Assembly: GCA_963666985.2 (NCBI GenBank) | Contig: CAXXIA010000002.1 | Location: 288,001 to 352,000, forward strand | DNA from: Spirochaetia bacterium | GTDB taxonomy: Bacteria > Spirochaetota > Spirochaetia > DSM-2461 | Direction: 5' to 3' | Length of the DNA stretch: 64,000 nt | Part shown: positions 11,825 through 21,076 of the stretch, piece by piece | How positions within the stretch are numbered: the stretch's first letter is position 1 | Layout of the letters: every line of letters starts with the position of its first letter | Notes under the pieces: model-generated | What the model was told of the DNA's origin: nothing | The model's input: only the letters and a program-made list of their open reading frames with translations | Database searches by the model: none | Made by a program: the position numbers and the translations under genes

Positions 11825-12879
11825 TGAAAGCGGCGGTTTTTGGAGCTTCGGGATACGGCGGACAGGCGGCCATGAGGCTCCTTCTTGATCATCCGGAGGT
11901 AAGCCGGGTTCTTCCGGTTTCCTCATCGGCGGCGGGTTCTTCCGTCGATGAGAGAGACGGCGGACTCGGACCGGATCCGGAAGGCAAGCTCCCCGAGGGT
12001 CGGCGGCTCTTAACCAGGGAAGAGGCTTTGTCAGAGGCGCCCGACGCGGTGTTCGCCGCCCTGCCCCACGGCGCCTCGGCCGAATTCTGCGAGCCGTTCT
12101 TCGGGAAATCCGTCGTTTTCGACCTTTCCGCCGATTTTCGGCTCTATGATGCGGCGGTTCACGAACGGGCCTACGGCGCCAAAGCGCCCTATCCCGCCTT
12201 GAGGGATTCCACCGTCTACGGACTGGCCGAAATTTATGAAGATCGGATTAAGAAAGCCGATATCATAGCCGTTCCCGGCTGTTTTCCCACGGGAGCTCTT
12301 CTTCCCCTCATTCCCGCGGCGCGGGAAGGAATCGCGAATACGGCGATTACCGTCAATTCCATTACGGGACTCTCCGGCGCGGGCCGATCGGCAAAAGAAA
12401 CGATGCTCTTCGTCGAGCGTTCGGAAAACGCCGTCGCCTACAATCCGGGCCTCCGGCACCGGCATCAGCCGGAAATGCTTCAGGAAGTCCGGGCCGCGGG
12501 CGGAAAGGGCGCGCTGTTCTTTACGCCCCACATGGTTCCCATGCGCCGAGGCATCGCCACGACCACAACGATTGCCGTCGAAGGCGATCCGGAGGCCGTT
12601 GCCGAAAGAGTTGAATCCGCGCTGAAAAAGGCCTACGAAGGCAAACCCTTCGTAGGCCTGCGGGGAAACGCGATTCCCGCCACCCGCGATGTCGTCGGAT
12701 CGAACCGATGCGACATCGGCTGGGCCGTGGAGTCCGACGGTGAAGGGAACACTCTGCTCTACCTTTTCAGTGCCCTCGACAATCTGCTGAAAGGGGCCTC
12801 CGGACAGGCGGTTCAGGATTTCAACATTCGCTTCGGATTCAATCCCGTGTCGGGTCTGCCTCTTCGGGGAGAAGTCTGA
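11824..12879 (+). CDS. argC: N-acetyl-gamma-glutamyl-phosphate reductase
   Basis: GASGYGG, ALPHG, DLSADFRL, PGCFPT, SGAGR, DNLLKGASGQAVQ. Confidence 0.95.
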   Translation: MKAAVFGASGYGGQAAMRLLLDHPEVSRVLPVSSSAAGSSVDERDGGLGPDPEGKLPEGRRLLTREEALSEAPDAVFAALPHGASAEFCEPFFGKSVVFDLSADFRLYDAAVHERAYGAKAPYPALRDSTVYGLAEIYEDRIKKADIIAVPGCFPTGALLPLIPAAREGIANTAITVNSITGLSGAGRSAKETMLFVERSENAVAYNPGLRHRHQPEMLQEVRAAGGKGALFFTPHMVPMRRGIATTTTIAVEGDPEAVAERVESALKKAYEGKPFVGLRGNAIPATRDVVGSNRCDIGWAVESDGEGNTLLYLFSALDNLLKGASGQAVQDFNIRFGFNPVSGLPLRGEV

Positions 12880-13724
12880 TGGCCGGCATTCTCGTGGTGA
12901 AAATCGGCGGCCGGGCCGCCGAAGACGACGCGATCGTCTCTTCTCTGGCTCAAGAACTGGCGCTCAGGGAAAAAGCCGGCGACAAGGTTGTTCTGGTTCA
13001 CGGCGGCGGCGCGGTTATCAGCGATCTCCAGGCGCACTACGGAGTTAAGCCTCTCTTCATCGACGGGCTCCGGCAGACGGCTCCGGAGGAAATGCCGCTG
13101 GTGGACATGGCTCTGGCCGGATCCGTGAACAAACGCCTGGTCAGGCTCTTTAGGAAAAGCGGTCTGAACGCCTGGGGACTCAGCGGCGCCGACGCGGGGA
13201 TTTTCACCGCCGTTTCCATCGGAGGAAAAAACACCGGTGCTCCGGACGCGGCAAACGGCGGCCGCGACGCCGGGACAGCCGCCGAAAAGAACAGAACCGG
13301 AGAGGTAAGCGCCGTTAATCCGCGGCCTATTGAGCTGCTCTGGAAAGGCGGCTGGTTCCCCATTTTCGCGCCGCCCGCTTCGGATAAAGATGAAAACGGC
13401 ATGAACATCAACGCCGATGAAGCCGCCCTGGCCATGGCGGCGGCTTTGAAAGCCGATTCCCTCATCTTCCTTTCCGACGTGCCGGGCGTTCTTGAGAAGG
13501 AACAGACTATTCCGCATCTCACACCGTCGTCCATTGAGAAAAAAATCACCGACGGCGTGATTGCCGGAGGGATGATTCCGAAAACACGTTCCGCCACGGG
13601 AGCGCTGGCGCAAGGCGTAGGGGCCGTCATTATCGGGGAATATTCGAAGTCCGGAGATCTGAAGGAATTACTCTCAGGCGGCCGGGGAACACGCATAGAT
13701 AAAATCGCCAATCGAGGAGAATAA
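12879..13724 (+). CDS. argB: Acetylglutamate kinase
   Basis: VVKIGG, VHGGG, NINAD, LSDVPGV, GGMIPK. Confidence 0.93.
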   Translation: MAGILVVKIGGRAAEDDAIVSSLAQELALREKAGDKVVLVHGGGAVISDLQAHYGVKPLFIDGLRQTAPEEMPLVDMALAGSVNKRLVRLFRKSGLNAWGLSGADAGIFTAVSIGGKNTGAPDAANGGRDAGTAAEKNRTGEVSAVNPRPIELLWKGGWFPIFAPPASDKDENGMNINADEAALAMAAALKADSLIFLSDVPGVLEKEQTIPHLTPSSIEKKITDGVIAGGMIPKTRSATGALAQGVGAVIIGEYSKSGDLKELLSGGRGTRIDKIANRGE

Positions 13725-14951
13725 ATGAGCACTGATGCAATCGCAAGACAGCTTCCGCTGCCGAAACAGTACGGCGAAGAACTTTTGGTTATAGAACGCG
13801 GAGAAGGATGCCGCCTGATCGATAGGAGCGGCGCATCGTATTTGGACATGGGTTCCGGGATTTCGGTGAACGCCTTGGGCTACGGCCGAAAAGACCTGGC
13901 GGATATCGCCGCCGAACAGATGAAGAAACTCATTCACGCCTCCAATCTGTTCGCCACGGAACCCGAACTGGAACTTGCCTCAAAAATGGTGGCCGCACCC
14001 GTACCCGGATTCGCGCATGCTCAATTCGAAGCGGTGCATTTCGGGAACTCCGGTACGGAAGCCAACGAAACGGCGCTCAAATACGCCCGGCTGTATTCCT
14101 ACTCCCGCAAAGGGAAAAATCACCACCGGATGATTGCTTTTTCCAACAGCTTTCACGGAAGAACCATGGGCGCCTTAAGCGTTACGGCGAATCCCGCCTA
14201 CCGTGAACCGTTCGCCCCCCTGGTGCCGGGCGCGGAAATCCTGCCGCTGAACGATTGTGAAGCGCTCATCGCCGCCATGGATTCAACCGTTTGCGCGGTT
14301 ATCGTGGAACCCGTTCAGGGAGAAGGCGGTCTGAATCTGGTCAGCCGGGACTTCGCCAGAAACCTCAACTCTCTGTGCCGTGAGCATGATGTCCTGCTCA
14401 TAGCCGATGAGGTGCAGAGCGGACTCGGAAGATGCGGCGCGCTTTTCGCCTCGGGGATTGTCGGCCTTGAGCCGGACATCATTTGTTTGGCCAAGCCCCT
14501 CGCGGGAGGGCTCCCCTTATCCGCCGTGTATGTTCCGGCGGCGGTGAACGCGCTCCTGAAACCCGGCCACCATGCCACCACCTTCGGCGGCGGACCGGTT
14601 ACGACGGCCGTGGCCTCCGCGGTTTGGGACATTCTTTCATCTCCGGAATTTCTGGCGGAAGTCCGCCGAAAAGGCGAACTCATTGAATCGCTGATCGCGG
14701 CCGGACTGGCCGATCTCGGCGTCAAGGGAGAAGTCCGCGGCGCGGGGATGCTCAGAGGCGTCCGCTTAAAAGAAGACGCCTACGACGGAGCCTGGTGCGG
14801 CAAGGTTATCAAAGAAGCTCAGAAAGCCGGATTGATCATCCTGAAAACAGGCGCGGACGTGCTGCGTCTGGCCCCGCCGCTGGTTATGAGCGACGAAGAA
14901 ATCAGAGAGGGAATCGCCCTTCTGATCGGGGTTATCAAAAACAACCTGTAA
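13725..14951 (+). CDS. argD: Acetylornithine aminotransferase
   Basis: NSGTEANE, FHGRT, EPVQGEGG, DEVQSGLGR, AKPLAGG, TFGG. Confidence 0.9.
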   Translation: MSTDAIARQLPLPKQYGEELLVIERGEGCRLIDRSGASYLDMGSGISVNALGYGRKDLADIAAEQMKKLIHASNLFATEPELELASKMVAAPVPGFAHAQFEAVHFGNSGTEANETALKYARLYSYSRKGKNHHRMIAFSNSFHGRTMGALSVTANPAYREPFAPLVPGAEILPLNDCEALIAAMDSTVCAVIVEPVQGEGGLNLVSRDFARNLNSLCREHDVLLIADEVQSGLGRCGALFASGIVGLEPDIICLAKPLAGGLPLSAVYVPAAVNALLKPGHHATTFGGGPVTTAVASAVWDILSSPEFLAEVRRKGELIESLIAAGLADLGVKGEVRGAGMLRGVRLKEDAYDGAWCGKVIKEAQKAGLIILKTGADVLRLAPPLVMSDEEIREGIALLIGVIKNNL

Positions 14952-15094
14952 CAAATACCTCCCCGGAGGGAAAAAGGATTCCTCAGGGGAATGCGGTCTG
15001 ATTTCCGCCGAAACGCATGCGATGCCGGCTTCACCGCCGGCGATGCCTGTTCCGGACGGAAATTACACCTGCCTCAATTAAGGAGAAGGCACAT

Positions 15095-16372
15095 ATGAAA
15101 AACGACGGTAAAGCGAAAAAAATCTGCCTGGCGTATTCGGGAGGCCTGGACACCTCCATCATCATGCCGTGGCTCAAAGAAAATTTCGATAATCCGGAAA
15201 TCATCGCGGTCTGCACCAACGTGGGTCAGAAGGAAGACTGGGCGGCCGTGGAACGGAAGGCCTATGCCTCGGGAGCGTCGAAATACTACCTGGTGGACTG
15301 CCGGGAAGAATTCGTTTCCGATTTTCTTTATCCCATGGTCCGGGCGGGCGCCATTTACGAAGGCAAGTACCTTTTGGGAACTTCCATCGCCCGGCCGCTG
15401 CAGGCCCGCAAGCAGGTGGAAATCGCCCTGGCCGAAGGCTGCGACGCCCTGGCCCACGGCTGTACGGGAAAAGGCAACGACCAGGTGCGTTTCGAGCTCA
15501 CCTACAAGGCCCTGGCTCCGCACCTGAAAGTCATCGCGCCCTGGCGGGTTTGGAACATTCACAGCCGGGAACAGGCCATCGCCTATGCCGAGGAACATAA
15601 ACTCGATTTGGGTGAAATCTCCCGGCAGAACATCTACAGCCGGGACTGGAACGTCTGGCACATGAGCCATGAAGGCGGCCGCCTGGAAGATCCCTGGAAC
15701 GCTCCGGAAGAATCCATGTTCCGGCTCACCAAAAGCCCCAAGGACGCCCCCGACGAAGCCACGGAAATCACCATCGATTTTAAAAAGGGCATCCCCGTCG
15801 GCATAAACGGCGAAACGATGAACGCTCTGGCCCTTCTGGAGAAACTCAACAAACTGGCCGCGGAGAACGGCATCGGCCGCATCGACATCGTTGAAACCCG
15901 GATGGTGGGCATGAAAAGCCGGGGCGTGTATGAAACTCCGGGAGGAACCCTGCTCCACATCGCCCTTCGGGATTTGGAAATGTTTACCACCAACTTCGAC
16001 GCCCTGAGCCTCAAACACAGGCTTTCAAGGGAGTATTCGGATCTGGTTTATGCCGGCAAGTGGTTCACCACCGCCCGCAAGGCGCTTGAGAAGTTCATGG
16101 AGGAAACCACCGCGTACTGCACAGGTTCGGTCCGGCTTTCGCTTTATAAGGGAAACGCCACCGTGGTGGGCCGCAAGTCTCCTTACGCCCTGTATTTGGA
16201 AGAACTCGCGAGCTTCGGTGAAACCAGCTACGATCATGCCGATGCCGAGGGATTCATCAATCTCTACGGATTGTCCACCGGAGTAACGGCCATGGTGCAG
16301 AACAAGCTGGAGGACGGATCGGGACAGGCCGTCGACATGAAACAGATCGCATCGCAGTCCCACGAAAAATAA
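15095..16372 (+). CDS. argG: Argininosuccinate synthase
   Basis: LAYSGGLDTS, HGCTGKGNDQVRFE, KSRGVYETPGG; AAGGAG SD before the ATG at 15095. Confidence 0.97.
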   Translation: MKNDGKAKKICLAYSGGLDTSIIMPWLKENFDNPEIIAVCTNVGQKEDWAAVERKAYASGASKYYLVDCREEFVSDFLYPMVRAGAIYEGKYLLGTSIARPLQARKQVEIALAEGCDALAHGCTGKGNDQVRFELTYKALAPHLKVIAPWRVWNIHSREQAIAYAEEHKLDLGEISRQNIYSRDWNVWHMSHEGGRLEDPWNAPEESMFRLTKSPKDAPDEATEITIDFKKGIPVGINGETMNALALLEKLNKLAAENGIGRIDIVETRMVGMKSRGVYETPGGTLLHIALRDLEMFTTNFDALSLKHRLSREYSDLVYAGKWFTTARKALEKFMEETTAYCTGSVRLSLYKGNATVVGRKSPYALYLEELASFGETSYDHADAEGFINLYGLSTGVTAMVQNKLEDGSGQAVDMKQIASQSHEK

Positions 16373-16390
16373 TTTTACCGGTGAGGCGAT

Positions 16391-16548
16391 TTCAAAAATC
16401 AGCGATTTTTGAATTAAACCTTATAGAACTGATTTGAAAGGGGTTTCATCCGTCGGTTTCAGGTAATCCCCGGGGGGCCCCGCCCCCCGGACCCCCGGCC
16501 GACCGTGCGGCATTCGCGAATTCACAAGGTTCGCGGCACGGCCGCCTG
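16391..16548. repeat. Cluster of palindromes (REP-like or structured intergenic element)
   Basis: TTCAAAAATC-agc-GATTTTTGAA (16391-16413); CCGGGGGGC-ccc-GCCCCCCGG (16470-16490); nested CCGTGC..CGCGAA..TTCGCG..GCACGG. Confidence 0.5.
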
Positions 16549-16592
16549 CGAAAACAGGAGAGAAAAGCCGCGTACGACGGCTCCATTCACCA

Positions 16593-17006
16593 ATGAAGAT
16601 CAGACCTTACAGCGATACGGACCGCCTGCGGGTGGTACGGCTCTGGAGCGAATGTTTCGATTATCCGAAAGCGCATAACGATCCGGCCCTCTCCATCAGG
16701 CTCAAAACGGCGATGGACGACGGACTCTTCTTCGTCGCCGAAGAGAACGGCGAGCCGGTCGGAACGGTCATGGCCGGCTGGGACGGTCACCGCGGCTGGA
16801 TTTACTCCCTTGCCGTCAAAGCCGATTTAAGACGCCGGGGAATAGGCAGGGCGCTGATGGAACATGCTCTGGCGGAACTCGAGAAAAGGGACTGCCGCAA
16901 GGTCAATCTCCAGGTTATGGCCTCCAACGCCTCGGTAACCGAATTCTACAAACGCCTCGGCTTCAACGTCGAAGAACGCATCAGCATGGGCCGAACTCTT
17001 TACTGA
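16593..17006 (+). CDS. GNAT acetyltransferase (YpeA-like)
   Basis: VGTVMAGWDGHRGWIYSLAV, RRRGIG, N..V..FYKRLGF. Confidence 0.85.
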   Translation: MKIRPYSDTDRLRVVRLWSECFDYPKAHNDPALSIRLKTAMDDGLFFVAEENGEPVGTVMAGWDGHRGWIYSLAVKADLRRRGIGRALMEHALAELEKRDCRKVNLQVMASNASVTEFYKRLGFNVEERISMGRTLY

Positions 17007-17062
17007 GTTCCTCCGATTCCCGTCGGCCGATAATCGGATGCAAAAAATAACAAGGCTTTAAG

Positions 17063-17091
17063 GTGACACAATCGGCCTCCTGGTCTAACCT
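17063..17091 (+). promoter_or_regulatory. sigma70-type promoter, probably leaderless
   Basis: GTGACA-17 nt-TAACCT-6 nt-ATG(17098); no SD. Confidence 0.5.
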
Positions 17092-17097
17092 AGAATC

Positions 17098-17574
17098 ATG
17101 CGGGTACTTCAGCCCTTCGGTTTCAATTCAATATTCTTCCGCATAGGCGGGATTCTCTTCCTGAGCGCCCTCGGTGCATGCGGCCTTCAGGGAACTCGAG
17201 AAGATACCTCCGATATCGCCGAAGCCTTCTACGTGTTTCAAACATCAGGCGGCACTTCGTGGCCGGATGATTTGTTCGCCGACGAAGAGGTTGCCCGAAA
17301 GGCGGAAGACTTCGTCTCCCGGCGCGAGATGGAATACGGCGCGCTTCGTTCCTATAAGAAAGTCGCGTCGAATAAGCGTGTTTCCGTGGAAGCCGGAAGA
17401 CGTCTCGCCACGGCCACTTATGTCTTCGAAGTCTCCTGCGAGAACGGTCGAACCCGCGAAATCCTCACAATTTCAAAAGAAGGCGGGACGGGGTCTTTTC
17501 GTATTACCGAATACATCGTTGAAGAAATCCGCATGGAACAAAATTCCGTTCCGCTCGGAACCGGAACCGCATGA
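17098..17574 (+). CDS. Hypothetical lipoprotein
   Basis: Hydrophobic stretch ending in lipobox LGAC; small alpha/beta domain. Confidence 0.6.
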   Translation: MRVLQPFGFNSIFFRIGGILFLSALGACGLQGTREDTSDIAEAFYVFQTSGGTSWPDDLFADEEVARKAEDFVSRREMEYGALRSYKKVASNKRVSVEAGRRLATATYVFEVSCENGRTREILTISKEGGTGSFRITEYIVEEIRMEQNSVPLGTGTA

Positions 17575-17620
17575 AGAAACCCGCAATTCACAACTCTCCC
17601 GTATTCTTTGGATTCGTCCA

Positions 17621-18226
17621 ATGATCTATTCACTCATCGACGTGGAAACCACGGGACTCTCGTCCGGCTCCGGCGACCGGATTCTTGAAATCGGCGTGGC
17701 CCGCCTTACCGAAGACGGGAACATCACCGATGTTTTCGATACGCTGATAAATCCGGGCAAACCGGTTCGAGCCACTCACGTTCACGGCATTACCGATGCC
17801 ATGGTGGCCGCCGCTCCCACTTTCGGCGATATCATCGAAAGGTTATGCACGGTCCTTGAGGGCACAATTCCCGCGGCCCACAACGCGAGTTTCGACATGG
17901 GATTCCTTAAAGAAGAATTCCGCCGGGCCGGGACTCCGTTTCCCCGCTTCAATCCGGTCTGCACTTTAATTCTTGCCCGAAGGCATATGAGCCGCCTGCC
18001 GTCGAAATCATTGGAAAGCTGCAGACGCTATCTCGGGATTGACGATAGCGGCGCGCACAGTGCTCTTGCCGACGCCAGAGCGGCGGCCGGCGTGCTTCGA
18101 TATATCATCGAATCGTACGGCCTTCCGGAACGGTCGACTCCCTTTAAGTCGCCTTTCACGAGAAACAACGAACAGCCGGAACTCTTCGGTGAAGCACCCG
18201 CTCCGCTGAAACCGAGGCTGTCATAA
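17621..18226 (+). CDS. DEDDh 3'-5' exonuclease (DnaQ-like)
   Basis: DVETTG, AHNASFD, HSALADA; ATG at 17621 starts the domain. Confidence 0.88.
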   Translation: MIYSLIDVETTGLSSGSGDRILEIGVARLTEDGNITDVFDTLINPGKPVRATHVHGITDAMVAAAPTFGDIIERLCTVLEGTIPAAHNASFDMGFLKEEFRRAGTPFPRFNPVCTLILARRHMSRLPSKSLESCRRYLGIDDSGAHSALADARAAAGVLRYIIESYGLPERSTPFKSPFTRNNEQPELFGEAPAPLKPRLS

Positions 18227-18237
18227 GGAATAATGAG

Positions 18238-19332
18238 ATGAAAGTCATCCTGGTCATCAATCCCGGATCCACAAGTACGAAGGCGGCCCTGTATGAGGCC
18301 GATGATTCCTGGAACGTCCGGGAAATTCGATCATCCAACGTAAAACACGATCCGAAAGAACTCGCGGCGCTGAGTGAGCTTGCGGATCAGCGCGAAATGA
18401 GAATTGAGGCGATACGGCGGTTCCTTTCCGAAGCGGGGAATCCGAAATTGGATGTTATCGCCGGCCGCGGAGGTTTGACACGTCCCGTGGAAGCCGGTTC
18501 CTACCGCATTGATGAGAAAATGAAGCACGATCTTCTCTCTTCCCGGTACGGAACCCATGCGTCGAATCTCGGCGCCGTCATCGCCGACGAGATGGCCCGT
18601 GAACGAGGGATTCCCTCTCTCATCGCCGATCCGCCGGGCGTGGATCAGTTCGAACCGCTCGCCCGCTATTCCGGTCATCCCGATCTGCCCAGACGATGTC
18701 AGCTCCACGCCCTGAACATGAGGGCCGTTGCCCGGGAAGCCGCGAGAGATCTCGGCGGTGCCATGGAAGACTTCCGATTCATTATCGCCCATCTCGGCGG
18801 AGGCATTTCCGTCGGTCCCATGAAGGAAGGCCGCATAATAGACGTGAACCATGCCACCGACGGAGGTCCCTTTTCACCGCAGCGGAGCGGCGGCCTTCCC
18901 CTTCTTCCGCTTGTGGAAGCGTGTTTTTCAGGCCGCTGGAAAGACTATAAAGAGGCCGAAACGGAACTCACCCGCCGCAGCGGCCTTCTGGCCTACCTGG
19001 GAACCGACGACGGAAAGAAAATCGAAGAGATGGCCCTGGCCGGAGAACAGCCCTGGCTTGAAACCTACCAGGCCCTGGCCTATCAGATATCCAAGGAAAT
19101 CGGCGCCATGGCCGCGGTTTTAAACGGCCGCGTGGATGCAATCCTGCTCACCGGAGGGCTCCCCCATCCGCCGCTTTCGGACTGGATTCGCGAGCGGGTC
19201 GAATGGATCGCTCCGGTCCGCATTTATGTTGGAGAAAGGGAACTGGAAGCTTTGGCCAGGGCCGCCGCCCGCCTGGTATTCGGCGAAGAAGAACTCCTGG
19301 AATACGGAGAGGGCCGAACGGAAGGCCTTTAA
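18238..19332 (+). CDS. buk: Butyrate / branched-chain carboxylate kinase
   Basis: INPGSTSTK, GRGG, HASNLG, HALN, HLGGGISV, GPFSPQRSG. Confidence 0.93.
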   Translation: MKVILVINPGSTSTKAALYEADDSWNVREIRSSNVKHDPKELAALSELADQREMRIEAIRRFLSEAGNPKLDVIAGRGGLTRPVEAGSYRIDEKMKHDLLSSRYGTHASNLGAVIADEMARERGIPSLIADPPGVDQFEPLARYSGHPDLPRRCQLHALNMRAVAREAARDLGGAMEDFRFIIAHLGGGISVGPMKEGRIIDVNHATDGGPFSPQRSGGLPLLPLVEACFSGRWKDYKEAETELTRRSGLLAYLGTDDGKKIEEMALAGEQPWLETYQALAYQISKEIGAMAAVLNGRVDAILLTGGLPHPPLSDWIRERVEWIAPVRIYVGERELEALARAAARLVFGEEELLEYGEGRTEGL

Positions 19333-19355
19333 ACAGCCCGAGATGCGCGGCGAAC

Positions 19356-19453
19356 GTCCCGGGAAATCCCAAACCGCGGGAATGAACGCCTGCTTTCCCC
19401 TGAGGAGTATCGAAGAAGCGCGGACCGAATCCTCCGAATCGATTTCCCGGGAC
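19356..19453. repeat. 98-bp element bounded by perfect 13-bp inverted repeats
   Basis: GTCCCGGGAAATC (19356-19368) and GATTTCCCGGGAC (19441-19453). Confidence 0.55.
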
Positions 19454-19542
19454 TCCCGGCACGCCGAAACCCCGAAGGATTAGGCGAAAAAAACATTCTT
19501 CCGATCCTCTTACAAAAACGATTCCACATCGGCGCATCGTTT

Positions 19543-19551
19543 TGCTAAAAT
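19543..19551 (+). promoter_or_regulatory. Extended -10 promoter, probably leaderless cls
   Basis: TGcTAAAAT 6 nt before the GTG at 19558; no SD. Confidence 0.5.
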
Positions 19552-19557
19552 TATTAT

Positions 19558-21018
19558 GTGCTGAACGCTCTGAGAATCATCCTTTATTGGGCGAACTTCG
19601 TGCTCGTTGTTCTCACCATTCTCTCAATCCTCAAAACACGAAAATCTCCATCGGCCTCGCTTGCATGGATACTGGCCATCCTCGTTCTTCCTGTCGTAGG
19701 CCTTGTCGCTTATCTTCTGGCGGGGATGGATTGGAAGAAGTTTAAAATCGTAAACCGAATACCGGAGGAAGTCTTTTCGGACTATTTGTCGTCAACGCTG
19801 GAAGCTCAACAGAAGCTTATCGATGAATTGGCTCATTCGGATGATTCCAGGAATCGAAGAGCCGCCAGAAATATCAGACTGCTTAACGTCGCGGCCTCCG
19901 CACCGGTGGCCGGCGGGAATACGCTTACTTCGTATTTTTACGGAGAGGCTAAATTCGAAGCCCTGCTGGCGGACATCGCCGCGGCCCGAGAGTCCATCCA
20001 TATGGAGTACTATATTTGGAGATCGGACGGCTTAGGCCGGAAGATTCTCGAAGTTCTGGCTCAAAAGGCATCCGAAGGCGTAACCGTCCGGCTCTTGTTC
20101 GACGGATGGGGATCTTTCGGGAAAATCTCCTATTCCTACAGACGTGATTTAAAGGCCGCCGGGATCGAATTCGCCTATTTTCTGGATCTCGCCAATCCCC
20201 TTGCCCGACTGAAAATCAATTACCGCAACCATCGGAAAATCGCGGTAATCGACGGCCGGATCGGCTATGTGGGAGGCATGAACGTCGGAGAGGAATATGT
20301 CACGGGCGGCAAACGGTTCCCCGAATGGCGGGATACGCACCTCCGCATTGAGGGTCCCGCCGTATCCCTGCTCCAGGCCGTATTTCTCGTGGATTGGCAT
20401 AACAGCGGAAAAGAACTGCTCCTGGACGAGTCCATGTTCCCGAGAATCGGACTTCTTGAGGAGAAACCGGGGATTCCCGTCCAGATAGCCATCAGCGGCC
20501 CCGATTCCCGCTGGGACGGGATTCGGCTTCATTACATCGAACTTTTAAGCGGAGCCAAGGAAGAGATTCTCATCCAGACGCCGTACTACATTCCGGGCGA
20601 GGCCTTGGAACAGGCCATGATCGCGGCCGCGCTTCGAGGCGTCCGCGTGGTTATGATGACCGTCGGGAAACCGGATAAACGGATTCCCTACTGGGCCGCT
20701 CAAACCTACTTCACGCCCCTTTTGGAAGCGGGCGTTGAAATCTATCGATACCGCGCAGGATTTCTCCATTCCAAGGTGTTTATTCAGGATCGAATCATCG
20801 CCTCGGTGGGCACCTGCAACGTCGATACCAGAAGCTTCCTTTTGGACTACGAAATCAACGCCGTTTTATACTCCCGCGAGCAGGCGGAACTCCACGCGCA
20901 GCAATTTCTAAAAGATTTGGAAACCTGCAGTCAAATTACACAAGAAGATTTGAAAAAACTCTCTCAGTTCGCAAAACTCAGAAACGGCCTGTTCCGGCTC
21001 CTCTCGCCGCTCATGTGA
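19558..21018 (+). CDS. cls: Cardiolipin synthase
   Basis: Two N-terminal TM helices; two HKD motifs (HRKIAVID, HSKVFIQD). Confidence 0.92.
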   Translation: MLNALRIILYWANFVLVVLTILSILKTRKSPSASLAWILAILVLPVVGLVAYLLAGMDWKKFKIVNRIPEEVFSDYLSSTLEAQQKLIDELAHSDDSRNRRAARNIRLLNVAASAPVAGGNTLTSYFYGEAKFEALLADIAAARESIHMEYYIWRSDGLGRKILEVLAQKASEGVTVRLLFDGWGSFGKISYSYRRDLKAAGIEFAYFLDLANPLARLKINYRNHRKIAVIDGRIGYVGGMNVGEEYVTGGKRFPEWRDTHLRIEGPAVSLLQAVFLVDWHNSGKELLLDESMFPRIGLLEEKPGIPVQIAISGPDSRWDGIRLHYIELLSGAKEEILIQTPYYIPGEALEQAMIAAALRGVRVVMMTVGKPDKRIPYWAAQTYFTPLLEAGVEIYRYRAGFLHSKVFIQDRIIASVGTCNVDTRSFLLDYEINAVLYSREQAELHAQQFLKDLETCSQITQEDLKKLSQFAKLRNGLFRLLSPLM

Positions 21019-21076
21019 AAACCGCAGGCCGCCCGGCGTGTCCAACCGCCGGAAACCGTTCATATCCGATACCCGT

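Noticed and set aside
14952..15094. Riboswitch or T-box between argD and argG
   Set aside because: Some short stems are present, but I could not find a T-box motif or a recognisable aptamer consensus.
17174..17620. Long N-terminal extensions in the ORF track (exonuclease 17174, argG 15017, acyltransferase 29664, membrane protein 46374, prfA 59895)
   Set aside because: They overlap neighbouring genes or intergenic DNA and look non-protein-like; downstream starts match domain boundaries and mostly have an SD or -10 box.
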